Shown here: positions 16,179-24,725 of the stretch, in pieces
Layout: each line of letters begins with the position of its first letter
Numbering within the stretch: the first letter of the stretch is position 1
NCBI RefSeq assembly: GCF_000299365.1
Contig: NC_018655.1
Coordinates: forward strand, 150,001-182,000
Length of the DNA stretch: 32,000 nt
Direction of reading: 5' to 3'
Source of the DNA: Candidatus Nitrosopumilus koreensis AR1
GTDB lineage: Archaea > Thermoproteota > Nitrososphaeria > Nitrososphaerales > Nitrosopumilaceae
Translations under genes and position numbers: made by a program
Notes under the pieces: model-generated
Databases searched by the model: none
The model's input: only the letters and a program-made list of their open reading frames with translations
What the model was told of the DNA's origin: nothing

Positions 16179-17017
16179 TTTGATTTAACGTGAACCTTTC
16201 TCCATCGAACTTCTAATTTGTTTTCTAGATGCATCTTCATTGCTTTGAATAATGTGTCTGCTTCTAGTTTTTGTCCTTTTGACTTTATTTTTTCTAGTGT
16301 GTCGTTTGGATCTACTTTGAATGAATCTTGGAAAATAATGGGACCTTGATCTAAGTTTTCTGTTACATAATGAGATGTTACCCCTACAATTTTTGTTCCT
16401 CGTTCGTGAGCTTGTGCATATGCTAATGCACCAGGGAATGCAGGCAACAATGATGGATGAATGTTAATTATTCTATTTGGATATCTCCAAACAAAGTTGG
16501 GACTAAGAATTCTCATGTATCTTGCAAGTGCTATTAAATCAATATCATATTTTTTACAAATCTGAATAATTTTTTCTTCTGCTTTTTGTTGATTTTTTTC
16601 TTCAACTGCAACAAATGGGATCTTTGCTTTTTTTGCTAATGGCACAAGCGTTTTTTCAGTGCCTATTATCACTGAAATTTTTCCTTTAAGTGATTTTGAC
16701 CTTGCCAGAATTGTTTGTAGACATAACGGTTCTTTTGTTACAAACACTGCAATATTTTTCTGAGAATTTGTTTCATGATGAGTGCTTACATCCATCTTTT
16801 CTTTTTTAGCCAAAATTTGAATTTCTGAATCAAATTTTTTCACATCTACTGATTTTGAAAAGGAAACCTCTAGATACATTCCAAAAAGACCTTTGATTAC
16901 ATTTTGGTTTACTTTCTCAATGTTTCCACCCTTTGAGAATGCAAAATTTGTAAATGAAGCTACAATTCCTTCTCTGTCTTTACCAACAACTGTTATGCCC
17001 ACTACAGTTTTTTTCAT
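16175..17017 (-). CDS. purU: formyltetrahydrofolate deformylase
   Basis: An N-terminal ACT-like domain (VVGITVVGKDREGIVASFTNF) is followed by a formyltransferase core (IINIHPSLLPAFPGA..GVTSHYVTENLDQGPII). The protein is 280 aa. Confidence 0.8.
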   Translation of the reverse strand: MKKTVVGITVVGKDREGIVASFTNFAFSKGGNIEKVNQNVIKGLFGMYLEVSFSKSVDVKKFDSEIQILAKKEKMDVSTHHETNSQKNIAVFVTKEPLCLQTILARSKSLKGKISVIIGTEKTLVPLAKKAKIPFVAVEEKNQQKAEEKIIQICKKYDIDLIALARYMRILSPNFVWRYPNRIINIHPSLLPAFPGALAYAQAHERGTKIVGVTSHYVTENLDQGPIIFQDSFKVDPNDTLEKIKSKGQKLEADTLFKAMKMHLENKLEVRWRKVHVKSK

Positions 17018-17072
17018 GACTTTGTTTGTTGAAGATTTTCTTATTATTAATCATTCACAGAAATTAACATGG

Positions 17073-17157
17073 TGCGGGAGGTGGGATTTGAACCCACGAA
17101 CTCCTAAGAGATAGGGTCCTAAGCCCTACGCCTTTGACCAGGCTGGGCGACTCCCGC
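17073..17157 (-). tRNA. tRNA-Leu (anticodon TAG), class II with a long variable arm; CCA is genomically encoded (extends to 17070)
   Basis: The reverse complement folds as acceptor GCGGGAG/CTCCCGC, anticodon stem TAGGG/CCCTA with loop CTTAGGA, variable arm TCTCTTAGGAGTTC and T-arm GTGGG-TTCAAAT-CCCAC, followed by ACCA. Confidence 0.9.
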
Positions 17158-17204
17158 AACGGACATGCCATTAAACACAAATTTATCTATTATTGAATTA
17201 CATC

Positions 17205-18554
17205 ATGGCAAAATTTTTTGGTACAAATGGAATTCGTGGTGTCTTTGATGAAGATTTTACATTAGAATTTGTTCATGACATGACTTTGGCAATTGGAACT
17301 TATTTTCAAAAAGGACCAATATTGATTGGATATGATGGAAGAGATTCTAGTCCAGTTATTTGTAAAGTTGTAACTTCTACTCTTAATTCAATAGGCATTG
17401 ATTGTAATGTTGCAGGAATTGTTCCAACACCCTGTCTTGAATTTGCAGTAAAAAAGTTGGGATATTCTGGAGGTATCATGATTACTGCCTCTCACAATCC
17501 TCCTCAATACAATGGAATCAAACCTGCTGCATCTGATGGAGTAGAAATTTCACGAGAAGATGAATTAATTATTGAGGATATCTATCTTCAAAAAAATTGG
17601 ATTAAAAACTCTACAAATTATGGTTCTACAAAAAAAGAAGAACGTGCAATTGATGTTTATCTAAATGGAATCATTTCACAAGTTAATTCTAAATTAATAG
17701 AATCAAAACATTTCAAGGTTGTTTTGGATTTAGGTAATGGTGCACAGGCTGTATCTGCCCCTAATTTTTGTAAAATGATTAATTGTAAAACATTTCTTGT
17801 AAACGAAAATATTGATGGTAACTTTCCAGGACGTGGTTCAGAACCCACTCCTCAAAATCTTTCAGAATTATCAAAGACTGTAATTCGCAACAATGCTGAT
17901 GTGGGGATAGCATTTGATGGTGATGGTGATAGAAGTATTTTTTGTGATAATAAAGGAAATATTTTGACAGGTGACAAATCGGCATTATTGTTAACTAAAC
18001 ATATCTTATCTAACCATCCAAACTCTTTAGTTGTTACATGTCTAAATTCTGGTTCTAATATTGAAGTTCTGGCAGATCAATTTGATTCTAAAGTAATTCG
18101 TACAAAAGTTGGAAGTGTTGAAGTCTCAAGAAAAATGGTTCCGACAGATGCTCTAATAGGGTTTGAAGAGAATGGTGGATTCATGTTTGGAAAACATAAC
18201 CAGGTTCGAGATGGATGCATGACTTTGGCATTGATGCTTGATCTTTTAGCAGTATCTTCTAACTCATTGTATGATGAAATTTCTAATCTTCCATCATCTT
18301 TTACTACAAAAGATAAAGTCGCATGTTCTCCTGAAAACGTTCCAAAACTAATTTCCTCTCTAAAAGACGAATTTCCAAATTCTGATCTTACTGATGGTAT
18401 CAAAATCAATATAGATTCAAGAAACTGGGTTATGATCCGACCTAGTGGAACAGAACCAATTGTTAGAGTGTATGCAGAAGCTCAAAGTCAGGAAAAATTA
18501 GACAATTTAATGTCTGAATATCTCCAAAAAGTTAAGACAATCATTTCCAGATAA
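17205..18554 (+). CDS. glmM: phosphohexomutase (phosphoglucosamine mutase / phosphomannomutase family)
   Basis: It has FGTNGIRG, the active-site TASHNPPQYNGIK, the FDGDGDR Mg site and a GEENGG-like loop (GFEENGG). The ATG at 17205 is preferred to the TTG at 17193. Confidence 0.8.
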   Translation: MAKFFGTNGIRGVFDEDFTLEFVHDMTLAIGTYFQKGPILIGYDGRDSSPVICKVVTSTLNSIGIDCNVAGIVPTPCLEFAVKKLGYSGGIMITASHNPPQYNGIKPAASDGVEISREDELIIEDIYLQKNWIKNSTNYGSTKKEERAIDVYLNGIISQVNSKLIESKHFKVVLDLGNGAQAVSAPNFCKMINCKTFLVNENIDGNFPGRGSEPTPQNLSELSKTVIRNNADVGIAFDGDGDRSIFCDNKGNILTGDKSALLLTKHILSNHPNSLVVTCLNSGSNIEVLADQFDSKVIRTKVGSVEVSRKMVPTDALIGFEENGGFMFGKHNQVRDGCMTLALMLDLLAVSSNSLYDEISNLPSSFTTKDKVACSPENVPKLISSLKDEFPNSDLTDGIKINIDSRNWVMIRPSGTEPIVRVYAEAQSQEKLDNLMSEYLQKVKTIISR

Positions 18555-18592
18555 CACTTTTAAAACCAAACGTAACGATGATGAGAATGGAG

Positions 18593-18619
18593 AATGAACC
18601 CTAAGGGTGACGAAGTATG
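18593..18619 (+). promoter_or_regulatory. candidate K-turn overlapping the L7Ae start codon (possible L7Ae autoregulatory site)
   Basis: Hand fold. The C-stem is ACCC(18598-18601)/GGGU(18605-18608), capped by UAA. The 3-nt bulge is GAC (18609-18611). Tandem sheared pairs are G18612.A18597 and A18613.G18596. A weak non-canonical stem runs into AUG 18617-18619. An AUGAUGA box-C-like motif also lies at 18578-18584. Confidence 0.35.
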
Positions 18620-19003
18620 GGAAAAGCATATTATGTTAAATTTGAGACGCCAGAGGACCTCGTAAATCCAATCTTAGAGGCTGTTAGAGTTGCATCTACC
18701 AGTGGTAAGGTTAAGAAAGGAACTAACGAAGCAACTAAGGCAATCGAACGTGGTACTAGCAAACTAATTGTTATTGCTGAAGATGTAGAACCACCTGAGG
18801 TAGTTGCACATCTTCCAATTCTTTGTGAAGAGCAAGGAGCAGCATTTGCATTTGTTCCAAGCAAACAAGAGTTAGGCAAATCATTAGGTATTGACATTAC
18901 TTCTGCCGCTGCAGCAATTTTGGATGCTGGTGATGCACAACACATTGTAGACCAAGTTGTCTCATCAATTGCTAAAATTAAAGGTGGAAAGACTGATCAA
19001 TGA
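18617..19003 (+). CDS. rpl7ae: 50S ribosomal protein L7Ae (K-turn binding protein)
   Basis: 128 aa with the typical [14 protein letters not shown]...[23 protein letters not shown] sequence. Confidence 0.95.
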   Translation: MGKAYYVKFETPEDLVNPILEAVRVASTSGKVKKGTNEATKAIERGTSKLIVIAEDVEPPEVVAHLPILCEEQGAAFAFVPSKQELGKSLGIDITSAAAAILDAGDAQHIVDQVVSSIAKIKGGKTDQ

Positions 19004-19212
19004 GCGCTACAACTGATGAAGTAGTTCACTCTGAAATTATTCAAATTGTTGGACGAACTGGTATTGCTGGTGAAGTAATTCAAGTTAGAGTTAAAGTTCT
19101 TACTGGAAAAGATAAAGGCAGAATTCTTACTAGAAATGTTAAGGGTTCTGTTAGATTAGGAGAAATTCTAATGCTAAGAGAAACAGAGAGAGAAGCAAAG
19201 AAGATCAAATAG
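19000..19212 (+). CDS. rps28e: 30S ribosomal protein S28e
   Basis: 70 aa containing [22 protein letters not shown]...[25 protein letters not shown]. There is a 4-nt ATGA overlap with L7Ae. Confidence 0.9.
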   Translation: MSATTDEVVHSEIIQIVGRTGIAGEVIQVRVKVLTGKDKGRILTRNVKGSVRLGEILMLRETEREAKKIK

Positions 19213-19221
19213 GTGAATTGA

Positions 19222-19422
19222 ATGAGTCTTTTAGTTAAACCATGTAATTTCTGTAACAGGCCAGTTGCAAAAGGTTCTGGTACAATGCTTGCAAAAAATG
19301 ATGGAACAGTATTATGGTTTTGTTCTGCAAAATGCAAAAAAAATGCACTAGAACTCAAACGTGATCCAAGAAAATTCAAATGGACAAAAAAATACGTTAA
19401 AGGCGGAATTAAAAAGAATTAA
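19222..19422 (+). CDS. rpl24e: 50S ribosomal protein L24e
   Basis: 66 aa with the CNFC...CSAKC zinc-binding pattern and the typical sequence. Confidence 0.9.
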   Translation: MSLLVKPCNFCNRPVAKGSGTMLAKNDGTVLWFCSAKCKKNALELKRDPRKFKWTKKYVKGGIKKN

Positions 19423-19424
19423 AA

Positions 19425-19826
19425 TTGACTGAAAAATCATTATTCATTGTAAAACCTGATGCAGTAGCTAGAAATCTAGTCGGTGAAGTTATTTCTAGAT
19501 TTGAAAGAAAAGGATTCAAAATTTTGAAATTAAAGATGTTTACATTTACTCAGCAACAAGCAGAAAATTTCTATGGTGTTCATAAAGACAAACCATTCTT
19601 TGGTGAGCTGACGTCCTTTATCACATCAGGACCTGTAGTTGCAGCAATTATCGAAGGTAATAATGCAATTGCAACTACTAGAATAATGATTGGAGCAACA
19701 AAATCTTTTGAAGCAGAACCTGGTTCAATTAGAGGTGACTTTGGATTGGGATTTAGTGAAAATATTATTCATGCATCAGATTCACAAGAAAGTTTTGATC
19801 ACGAATCGAGGGTAGCATTTGAGTGA
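19425..19826 (+). CDS. ndk: nucleoside diphosphate kinase (TTG start)
   Basis: It carries SLFIVKPDAV, RGDFG and NIIHASDS (active-site His). It starts 2 nt after the L24e stop codon. Confidence 0.9.
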   Translation: MTEKSLFIVKPDAVARNLVGEVISRFERKGFKILKLKMFTFTQQQAENFYGVHKDKPFFGELTSFITSGPVVAAIIEGNNAIATTRIMIGATKSFEAEPGSIRGDFGLGFSENIIHASDSQESFDHESRVAFE

Positions 19827-19832
19827 TCTGAT

Positions 19833-21614
19833 TTGCAAATTCGTCAGCCCATAGTGGCAGTTCTTGGTCACGTAGACTCTGGTAAAACATCCCTTTTAGA
19901 CAGAATTCGTGGAACAGGCGTTCAAGGTAGGGAAGCTGGTGGAATCACACAACACATTGGTGCAAGTTTTCTGCCTACTGAAACAATTAAAGAGACCTGT
20001 GGTCCTCTATACAAAAAACTTGAGCAATCAGAAAATAAAGTTCCTGGAATTTTAGTTATTGATACTCCTGGACACGAAGTATTTACAAATCTGCGTTCTC
20101 GTGGAGGCTCAGCTGCTGATATTGCAATTTTAGTAGTTGATGTTAATCGTGGATTTCAACCACAAACAAATGAAAGTTTGAAAATTTTACAGAGTAGAAA
20201 AGTTCCTTTTGTAGTAGCTTTAAACAAATGTGATCAAATTTCTGGATGGAGAAAATCTGAGACATCTTTTATTTCACAAGCAATCAAAGAACAAGATGCA
20301 TCAATTCAAGCTGATCTTGACCAAAAAATCTATGATGTTGTTGGAACACTCTCTGTTTTAGGATATCAGTCTGAGGCATTTTATCGTGTAAAGGACTTTA
20401 AATCTGAGATTGCAATTGTTCCCATTTCTGCTCGTTCCGGTGTTGGAATTCCAGAATTGCTTAGTGTGTTGGTGGGCTTGACTCAACAATATCTGCAAAA
20501 AAGACTAAATCAAGAAGAAAAAGATACACGTGGAATTGTTTTAGAAGTTAAAGATGAAATTGGATTAGGTCCAACTGCAAATATCATTCTAATTGATGGG
20601 TCCATCAAAAAAGGAGATAGTATAGTTGTTGCAAAACGTGATGGTGTAATTGTTACAAAACCAAAAGCATTGCTGTTACCAAAAGCACTCGATGAAATGC
20701 GTGATCCTCGTGATAAGTTCAAACCAACACCTCAGGTAGATGCCGCAGCTGGATTAAAGATAGCCTCCCCTGACCTTGAAGGTGTTTTACCCGGAAGTAC
20801 ACTATATGTTGCAACAAATGATGAGGAGATTGCAAAATACACCACTCTCATAGAATCTGAAATGAAATCCATGTTTGTAGATACAGAAACCAATGGAATT
20901 ATTTTGAAATGTGATACTATTGGTTCGCTTGAAGCTATAGTTGAGATGCTTAGACGCTCTCAAGTACCTGTGGCCAAAGCCGATATTGGTCCTGTAAATA
21001 GACATGATGTAATTGAAGCAAAGGCAATAAAAGAAAAAGACAGACATTTGGGAATTGTTTTGGCATTTAATGTCAAAGTTTTACCTGATGCAAAAGATGA
21101 GTCAGAAATTAGTCATATCAAAGTCTTTGAAGACAAAGTAATCTACAGTTTAATTGATAACTATAACGCATGGGTTGAAGAAGACACTGCACATGAAGAA
21201 GATGCAATATTTTCTGAATTAACTCCTGTATCCAAATTTACTTTTCTTAAAGGAATGGTCTTTAGAAATAACAATCCTGCAGTTTTTGGAATTCGTGTAG
21301 ATGTGGGAACCCTAAAACACAAAATTCCATTTATGAATTCTGATGGACGAAAAATTGGAAATATTCATCAACTTCAACATGATAAAAAAACAGTAACTTC
21401 AGCTAAAGCTGGTGATGAAGTTGCTTGTTCAGTTCAAGATGTGACTATTGGAAGACAAATTTTTGAGGAAGAAGTATTTTACACATTTCCTCCATCACAT
21501 GAGGCAAAACAACTACTAAACAAATTCATGCATAAACTAAGTATTGAAGAACAAGAAGTATTGAATGAAATTGTAGAAATCCAAAGAAAAAAAGAAGCAG
21601 CTTATGCTTACTAG
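19833..21614 (+). CDS. infB: translation initiation factor aIF5B (TTG start)
   Basis: GTPase motifs VLGHVDSGKT, DTPGHE and NKCD are present. The protein is 593 aa and no intein insertion is evident. Confidence 0.9.
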   Translation: MQIRQPIVAVLGHVDSGKTSLLDRIRGTGVQGREAGGITQHIGASFLPTETIKETCGPLYKKLEQSENKVPGILVIDTPGHEVFTNLRSRGGSAADIAILVVDVNRGFQPQTNESLKILQSRKVPFVVALNKCDQISGWRKSETSFISQAIKEQDASIQADLDQKIYDVVGTLSVLGYQSEAFYRVKDFKSEIAIVPISARSGVGIPELLSVLVGLTQQYLQKRLNQEEKDTRGIVLEVKDEIGLGPTANIILIDGSIKKGDSIVVAKRDGVIVTKPKALLLPKALDEMRDPRDKFKPTPQVDAAAGLKIASPDLEGVLPGSTLYVATNDEEIAKYTTLIESEMKSMFVDTETNGIILKCDTIGSLEAIVEMLRRSQVPVAKADIGPVNRHDVIEAKAIKEKDRHLGIVLAFNVKVLPDAKDESEISHIKVFEDKVIYSLIDNYNAWVEEDTAHEEDAIFSELTPVSKFTFLKGMVFRNNNPAVFGIRVDVGTLKHKIPFMNSDGRKIGNIHQLQHDKKTVTSAKAGDEVACSVQDVTIGRQIFEEEVFYTFPPSHEAKQLLNKFMHKLSIEEQEVLNEIVEIQRKKEAAYAY

Positions 21615-21615
21615 C

Positions 21616-22017
21616 TTATTGTGAGTGTTTTTTACAAATCATATTGATTCCGGGAGCTCCTACTGCACCCATCATCTTGTCCACTATTTGTCCTGATTTG
21701 AACATGATAAATGTGGGAATTGATTGTACTGCAAATTTCATTGCAATGTTTTGATTATTGTCAACATTTACTCTTGCAAATTTTACCTTGGGATATTTTT
21801 TTGATAGACTCTCAAATACTGGATGCATCATCTTACATGGTCCGCACCACTCTGCCCAAAAATCAACCAAAGTTGGATTTTCAGCTGAAATTGTCTGCTC
21901 AAAATTTGAGTTATTCAAATCGATAATTCCAGGCTCAACTTTGGGCTGATTTTGTTGTTTTAACATCTCTTCTAGTTTTCTTTGCTTGATTCTTTCAATT
22001 TCTGGATCTTCAGACAA
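21616..22017 (-). CDS. thioredoxin with a charged N-terminal extension
   Basis: It has WAEWCGPCK and SIPTFIMF motifs. The protein is 133 aa. Its stop codon lies 1 nt from the infB stop codon (convergent genes). Confidence 0.85.
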   Translation of the reverse strand: MSEDPEIERIKQRKLEEMLKQQNQPKVEPGIIDLNNSNFEQTISAENPTLVDFWAEWCGPCKMMHPVFESLSKKYPKVKFARVNVDNNQNIAMKFAVQSIPTFIMFKSGQIVDKMMGAVGAPGINMICKKHSQ

Positions 22018-22061
22018 TACGATTCTAAAATCTATTCTACTAAAAAATCTATATTGAAAAA

Positions 22062-22208
22062 TTATTCATCAGCTGATTTTACTGGAATTGCTTCATACCT
22101 TCTTGATTTGCAAATGGGACACTGATCGATATATCTTGTATAACTAACTGAGGTGTATGCAATTCCACAATCTCCACAAATTCGAAGATTTCTACTTAGT
22201 TTTCCCAT
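22062..22208 (-). CDS. 48-aa zinc-ribbon protein (not in the ORF track)
   Basis: Hand translation gives MGKLSRNLRICGDCGIAYTSVSYTRYIDQCPICKSRRYEAIPVKSADE*. It has a CxxC-x16-CxxC pattern and occupies an otherwise empty 215-nt gap. Confidence 0.45.
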   Translation of the reverse strand: MGKLSRNLRICGDCGIAYTSVSYTRYIDQCPICKSRRYEAIPVKSADE

Positions 22209-22232
22209 GTTGATTATCAAAAAGTATTATGA

Positions 22233-23723
22233 TTAAAACCTAACTCGTCTTATTTTTTTGATTCCGTAAAACAACATAACTGGTGCTACAAAATACATTC
22301 CCACATTCATCAAAATTACTCCGATTCCATATCCAAGAACTTGTGATTCTGATTCTGCAAACTCCATTATAGACAATGATGATAACAATGGAGTAATTCC
22401 AATCTTTACTGCTTCTCTAAAAGTTGGGTTTTCTCTTTCCATGTCCGCAATGTATGGTGAGAATGAATAGTAAATTTGATTGAATCCTGTCATAAATGAT
22501 TCTCCTGAATTAGTATTCATTAATTGATTGTCACGAATTTCTCTGAGTAATTGAACTTGTGGTGCCATCTCAGAACCATATGCTGCAGTTGCAATTAGAC
22601 AACCTCCACCTTTACTTTCAGATGAAATAACTGTACATTTTCCATCTACTAACTTTGTACCTTCTCCACATTCTCCAAATTCTGGTTCAACGATTTCTGG
22701 CTCTTCTAATCCCACTGCCTCATAAATTGTCATTTCAGGATATGTTTTATCAAACCAATCTTTGTATGTAATCTCATTATTGTATCTGTCTACATAGTAT
22801 TGTGGATCTAAATTTGGATCAACAAATGGTGCTAACACCTTTGGCTCTTCTAATCCTACAGCCTGATAGATTGATGAATATTCAGGATAATTGTCATCAA
22901 ACCACTTTTTGTAACTTGCCTCATTATTGTATCTGTCCACATAACTTTGAGGATCTTTTGATTCATCAACAAATGGTGCTGGAATTTCTAATTCTTCAGG
23001 TTCTGATGTTTTCTCTTCAGGTTCTGATGTTTTTTCTGGTTTAGGTCCTGGATTAACTGCAACAGGTTCGTTTACTATAATTGTAATTGTGTCTCTATCT
23101 GTTTGACCACCTTTAGTTGCAACAATATCGAATGTATATTCTGCCCCCGGATTGTTTCCATGAGAACCTGATGGAGTCCATACAAATTTTCCAGTATCTG
23201 GATTTAATGTGGCTCCACTAGGTATGTTTCCCTCTAAGCTATATACTACTCCTTCAACTGAACTATCTGTTATACTTACAGTGAATGAAATTGTCTTTAA
23301 CTCATCAACTTCCTTATCTGGTATGGGTTTTAATTCCAAAACAAAATCTGGAACCACAAAAATTCTATCTCCATCGTATTCAATTTTTATTGTAACTCCT
23401 TCTTCTTCTTTTTGATCATCTGTAAATGCTGTTGCATTGTAAATTCCTTCATTGTCGAAGAAATTTTCTACTGGTCTTGGTATGACTAAAAATTTTCCTT
23501 CATCTGGATTAGGATCAGATAACATTCCTTCAAAATTTCCATTTGAATCACGAATTATGACATAAACAATATTGTTGCCTTCTTGTTGACCACTAAAACT
23601 AAATGATTCGTCTGTAGTGTAAAAGCTCTTTTCTAGTGAAAATGATATGACATCAGCATAGGCTGGCGTTGTGATTAGCAAAGATAATGTAAACACTGCA
23701 AATATTACTAGTTTTACGTTCAC
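22233..23723 (-). CDS. secreted/surface protein with an Ig/cadherin-like segment, an internal ~47-aa duplication and a C-terminal Cys-IATAAYGS membrane-anchoring module (GTG start)
   Basis: It begins with a signal peptide (LVIFAVFTLSLLITTPAYA). GATLNPDTGKFVWTPS is typical of putative-Ig/dystroglycan-type cadherin-like domains. There is a KTSEPEE x2 repeat. The unit APFVD..DPQxYVDRYNNExxYKxWFDxxYPE..IYxAVGLEEP occurs twice. A PEFG motif and GGGCLIATAAYGSEMAPQVQLLREIRD are followed by hydrophobic helices and a KKIRRVRF tail. Confidence 0.7.
   Translation of the reverse strand: MNVKLVIFAVFTLSLLITTPAYADVISFSLEKSFYTTDESFSFSGQQEGNNIVYVIIRDSNGNFEGMLSDPNPDEGKFLVIPRPVENFFDNEGIYNATAFTDDQKEEEGVTIKIEYDGDRIFVVPDFVLELKPIPDKEVDELKTISFTVSITDSSVEGVVYSLEGNIPSGATLNPDTGKFVWTPSGSHGNNPGAEYTFDIVATKGGQTDRDTITIIVNEPVAVNPGPKPEKTSEPEEKTSEPEELEIPAPFVDESKDPQSYVDRYNNEASYKKWFDDNYPEYSSIYQAVGLEEPKVLAPFVDPNLDPQYYVDRYNNEITYKDWFDKTYPEMTIYEAVGLEEPEIVEPEFGECGEGTKLVDGKCTVISSESKGGGCLIATAAYGSEMAPQVQLLREIRDNQLMNTNSGESFMTGFNQIYYSFSPYIADMERENPTFREAVKIGITPLLSSLSIMEFAESESQVLGYGIGVILMNVGMYFVAPVMLFYGIKKIRRVRF
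22699..22983 (-). repeat. in-frame tandem duplication (2 x ~140 nt) inside the surface-protein gene
   Basis: The two units are visibly similar at nucleotide level, e.g. ggctcttctaatcc(c/t)ac(t/a)gcct and caacaaatggtgc. The boundaries are approximate. Confidence 0.6.
22994..23035 (-). repeat. 21-nt tandem repeat x2 (encodes KTSEPEE-KTSEPEE)
   Basis: The two units are cttcaggttctgatgttttct and cttcaggttctgatgtttttt, with one mismatch. Confidence 0.8.
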
Positions 23724-23800
23724 GACATTTCTTTCATTTTGAGCCTTTTAAAAAACACGTATAATTTCTTCTCGATATTAGCAAAGAAATATTCACAAAT

Positions 23801-24217
23801 CTACAAGTCAAGCAAAAATCTCATAAAAACTCCCCCATTTTGCCTTATTTCCATGTCATAAAATGTTGGAGCCTTTATCTCTACTTTGAAATTGTGTTTC
23901 TTAAAGTCAAGTGGTTCACCGTACGCAATAGCGTTAATTTTGTAATCTTTATTTTGAATAATTTCAAATTCTATTCTTTTAATTGCAAATCCTTCTGTAA
24001 TTAAGATAAATGGTATTTCTTCTAACCAACTAAACAATAGGTATCGTAAGTCTTTTCCATGAGCTGAAAACTTTTTTTGTTCTTTTTCTTCTACTTTATC
24101 TTGGTCAAGTGTCAAGTTGATTACTGCATCTGCTGTAACTGAGAATGCTTCTTTAAGATCTTTTGCAGTAACTTCAACTATTGCATCAGTTGCATGATCT
24201 AAAAATTTGTAACTCAA
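23801..24217 (-). CDS. archease (RtcB ligase / tRNA-modification cofactor family)
   Basis: It has the N-terminal FLDHATDAIVEV motif and the C-terminal KAPTFYDMEI...FLLDL. The protein is 138 aa. Confidence 0.85.
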   Translation of the reverse strand: MSYKFLDHATDAIVEVTAKDLKEAFSVTADAVINLTLDQDKVEEKEQKKFSAHGKDLRYLLFSWLEEIPFILITEGFAIKRIEFEIIQNKDYKINAIAYGEPLDFKKHNFKVEIKAPTFYDMEIRQNGGVFMRFLLDL

Positions 24218-24258
24218 TTGTATCTTTGATTTCTTTCTGATTATTAACCTAGTTGGTT

Positions 24259-24627
24259 TTATTTTGCTTTTGGATCCATTTCAATAATTCCAAAAACATT
24301 CATTTCTGTATCTGCACATTGTGCAAACCATCCTACTTTAGGGATTGCCATTTTTGGAATAATCAATTGTCCTCCTTTCTCAATAATTTTTTTTGAAAAT
24401 TCATTAATTGATGAAACTGTAATTGTATTTGTTATGCCGATTTGACCTGGAACTCTTTTTGATAATCCTCCGTTAATCCCAGGTTCTTTGTCCGAACCTG
24501 TTGTAACTATCCAATAGTCTATTGGCCCGTCCCATTTTTCAAACTTCCAATCAAAAACTTCTTTGTAGAATTTTTGTGCTCTTTCTGGATTATCTGATGG
24601 AATATCAAAGTGTGAAATTCTTGGCAT
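24259..24627 (-). CDS. glyoxalase/bleomycin-resistance (VOC) family protein
   Basis: It has ISHFDIPSDNPERAQKFYKEVFDWKF and the typical paired beta-alpha-beta-beta-beta length. The ATG at 24627 is preferred to the TTG at 24648. Confidence 0.75.
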   Translation of the reverse strand: MPRISHFDIPSDNPERAQKFYKEVFDWKFEKWDGPIDYWIVTTGSDKEPGINGGLSKRVPGQIGITNTITVSSINEFSKKIIEKGGQLIIPKMAIPKVGWFAQCADTEMNVFGIIEMDPKAK

Positions 24628-24725
24628 GTATATCTGAATTTCTAACAAAATCTGGTCATAAAATAATTTCTAATCTCATCGTTTACTCGTAAAGTAATTT
24701 AGTACGATTTTATTTTCAGAATCAA

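Noticed and set aside
16893-17114. 73-aa plus-strand ORF.
   Set aside because: It starts antisense inside the purU 5' end and runs through the complement of tRNA-Leu, so it is an artefact.
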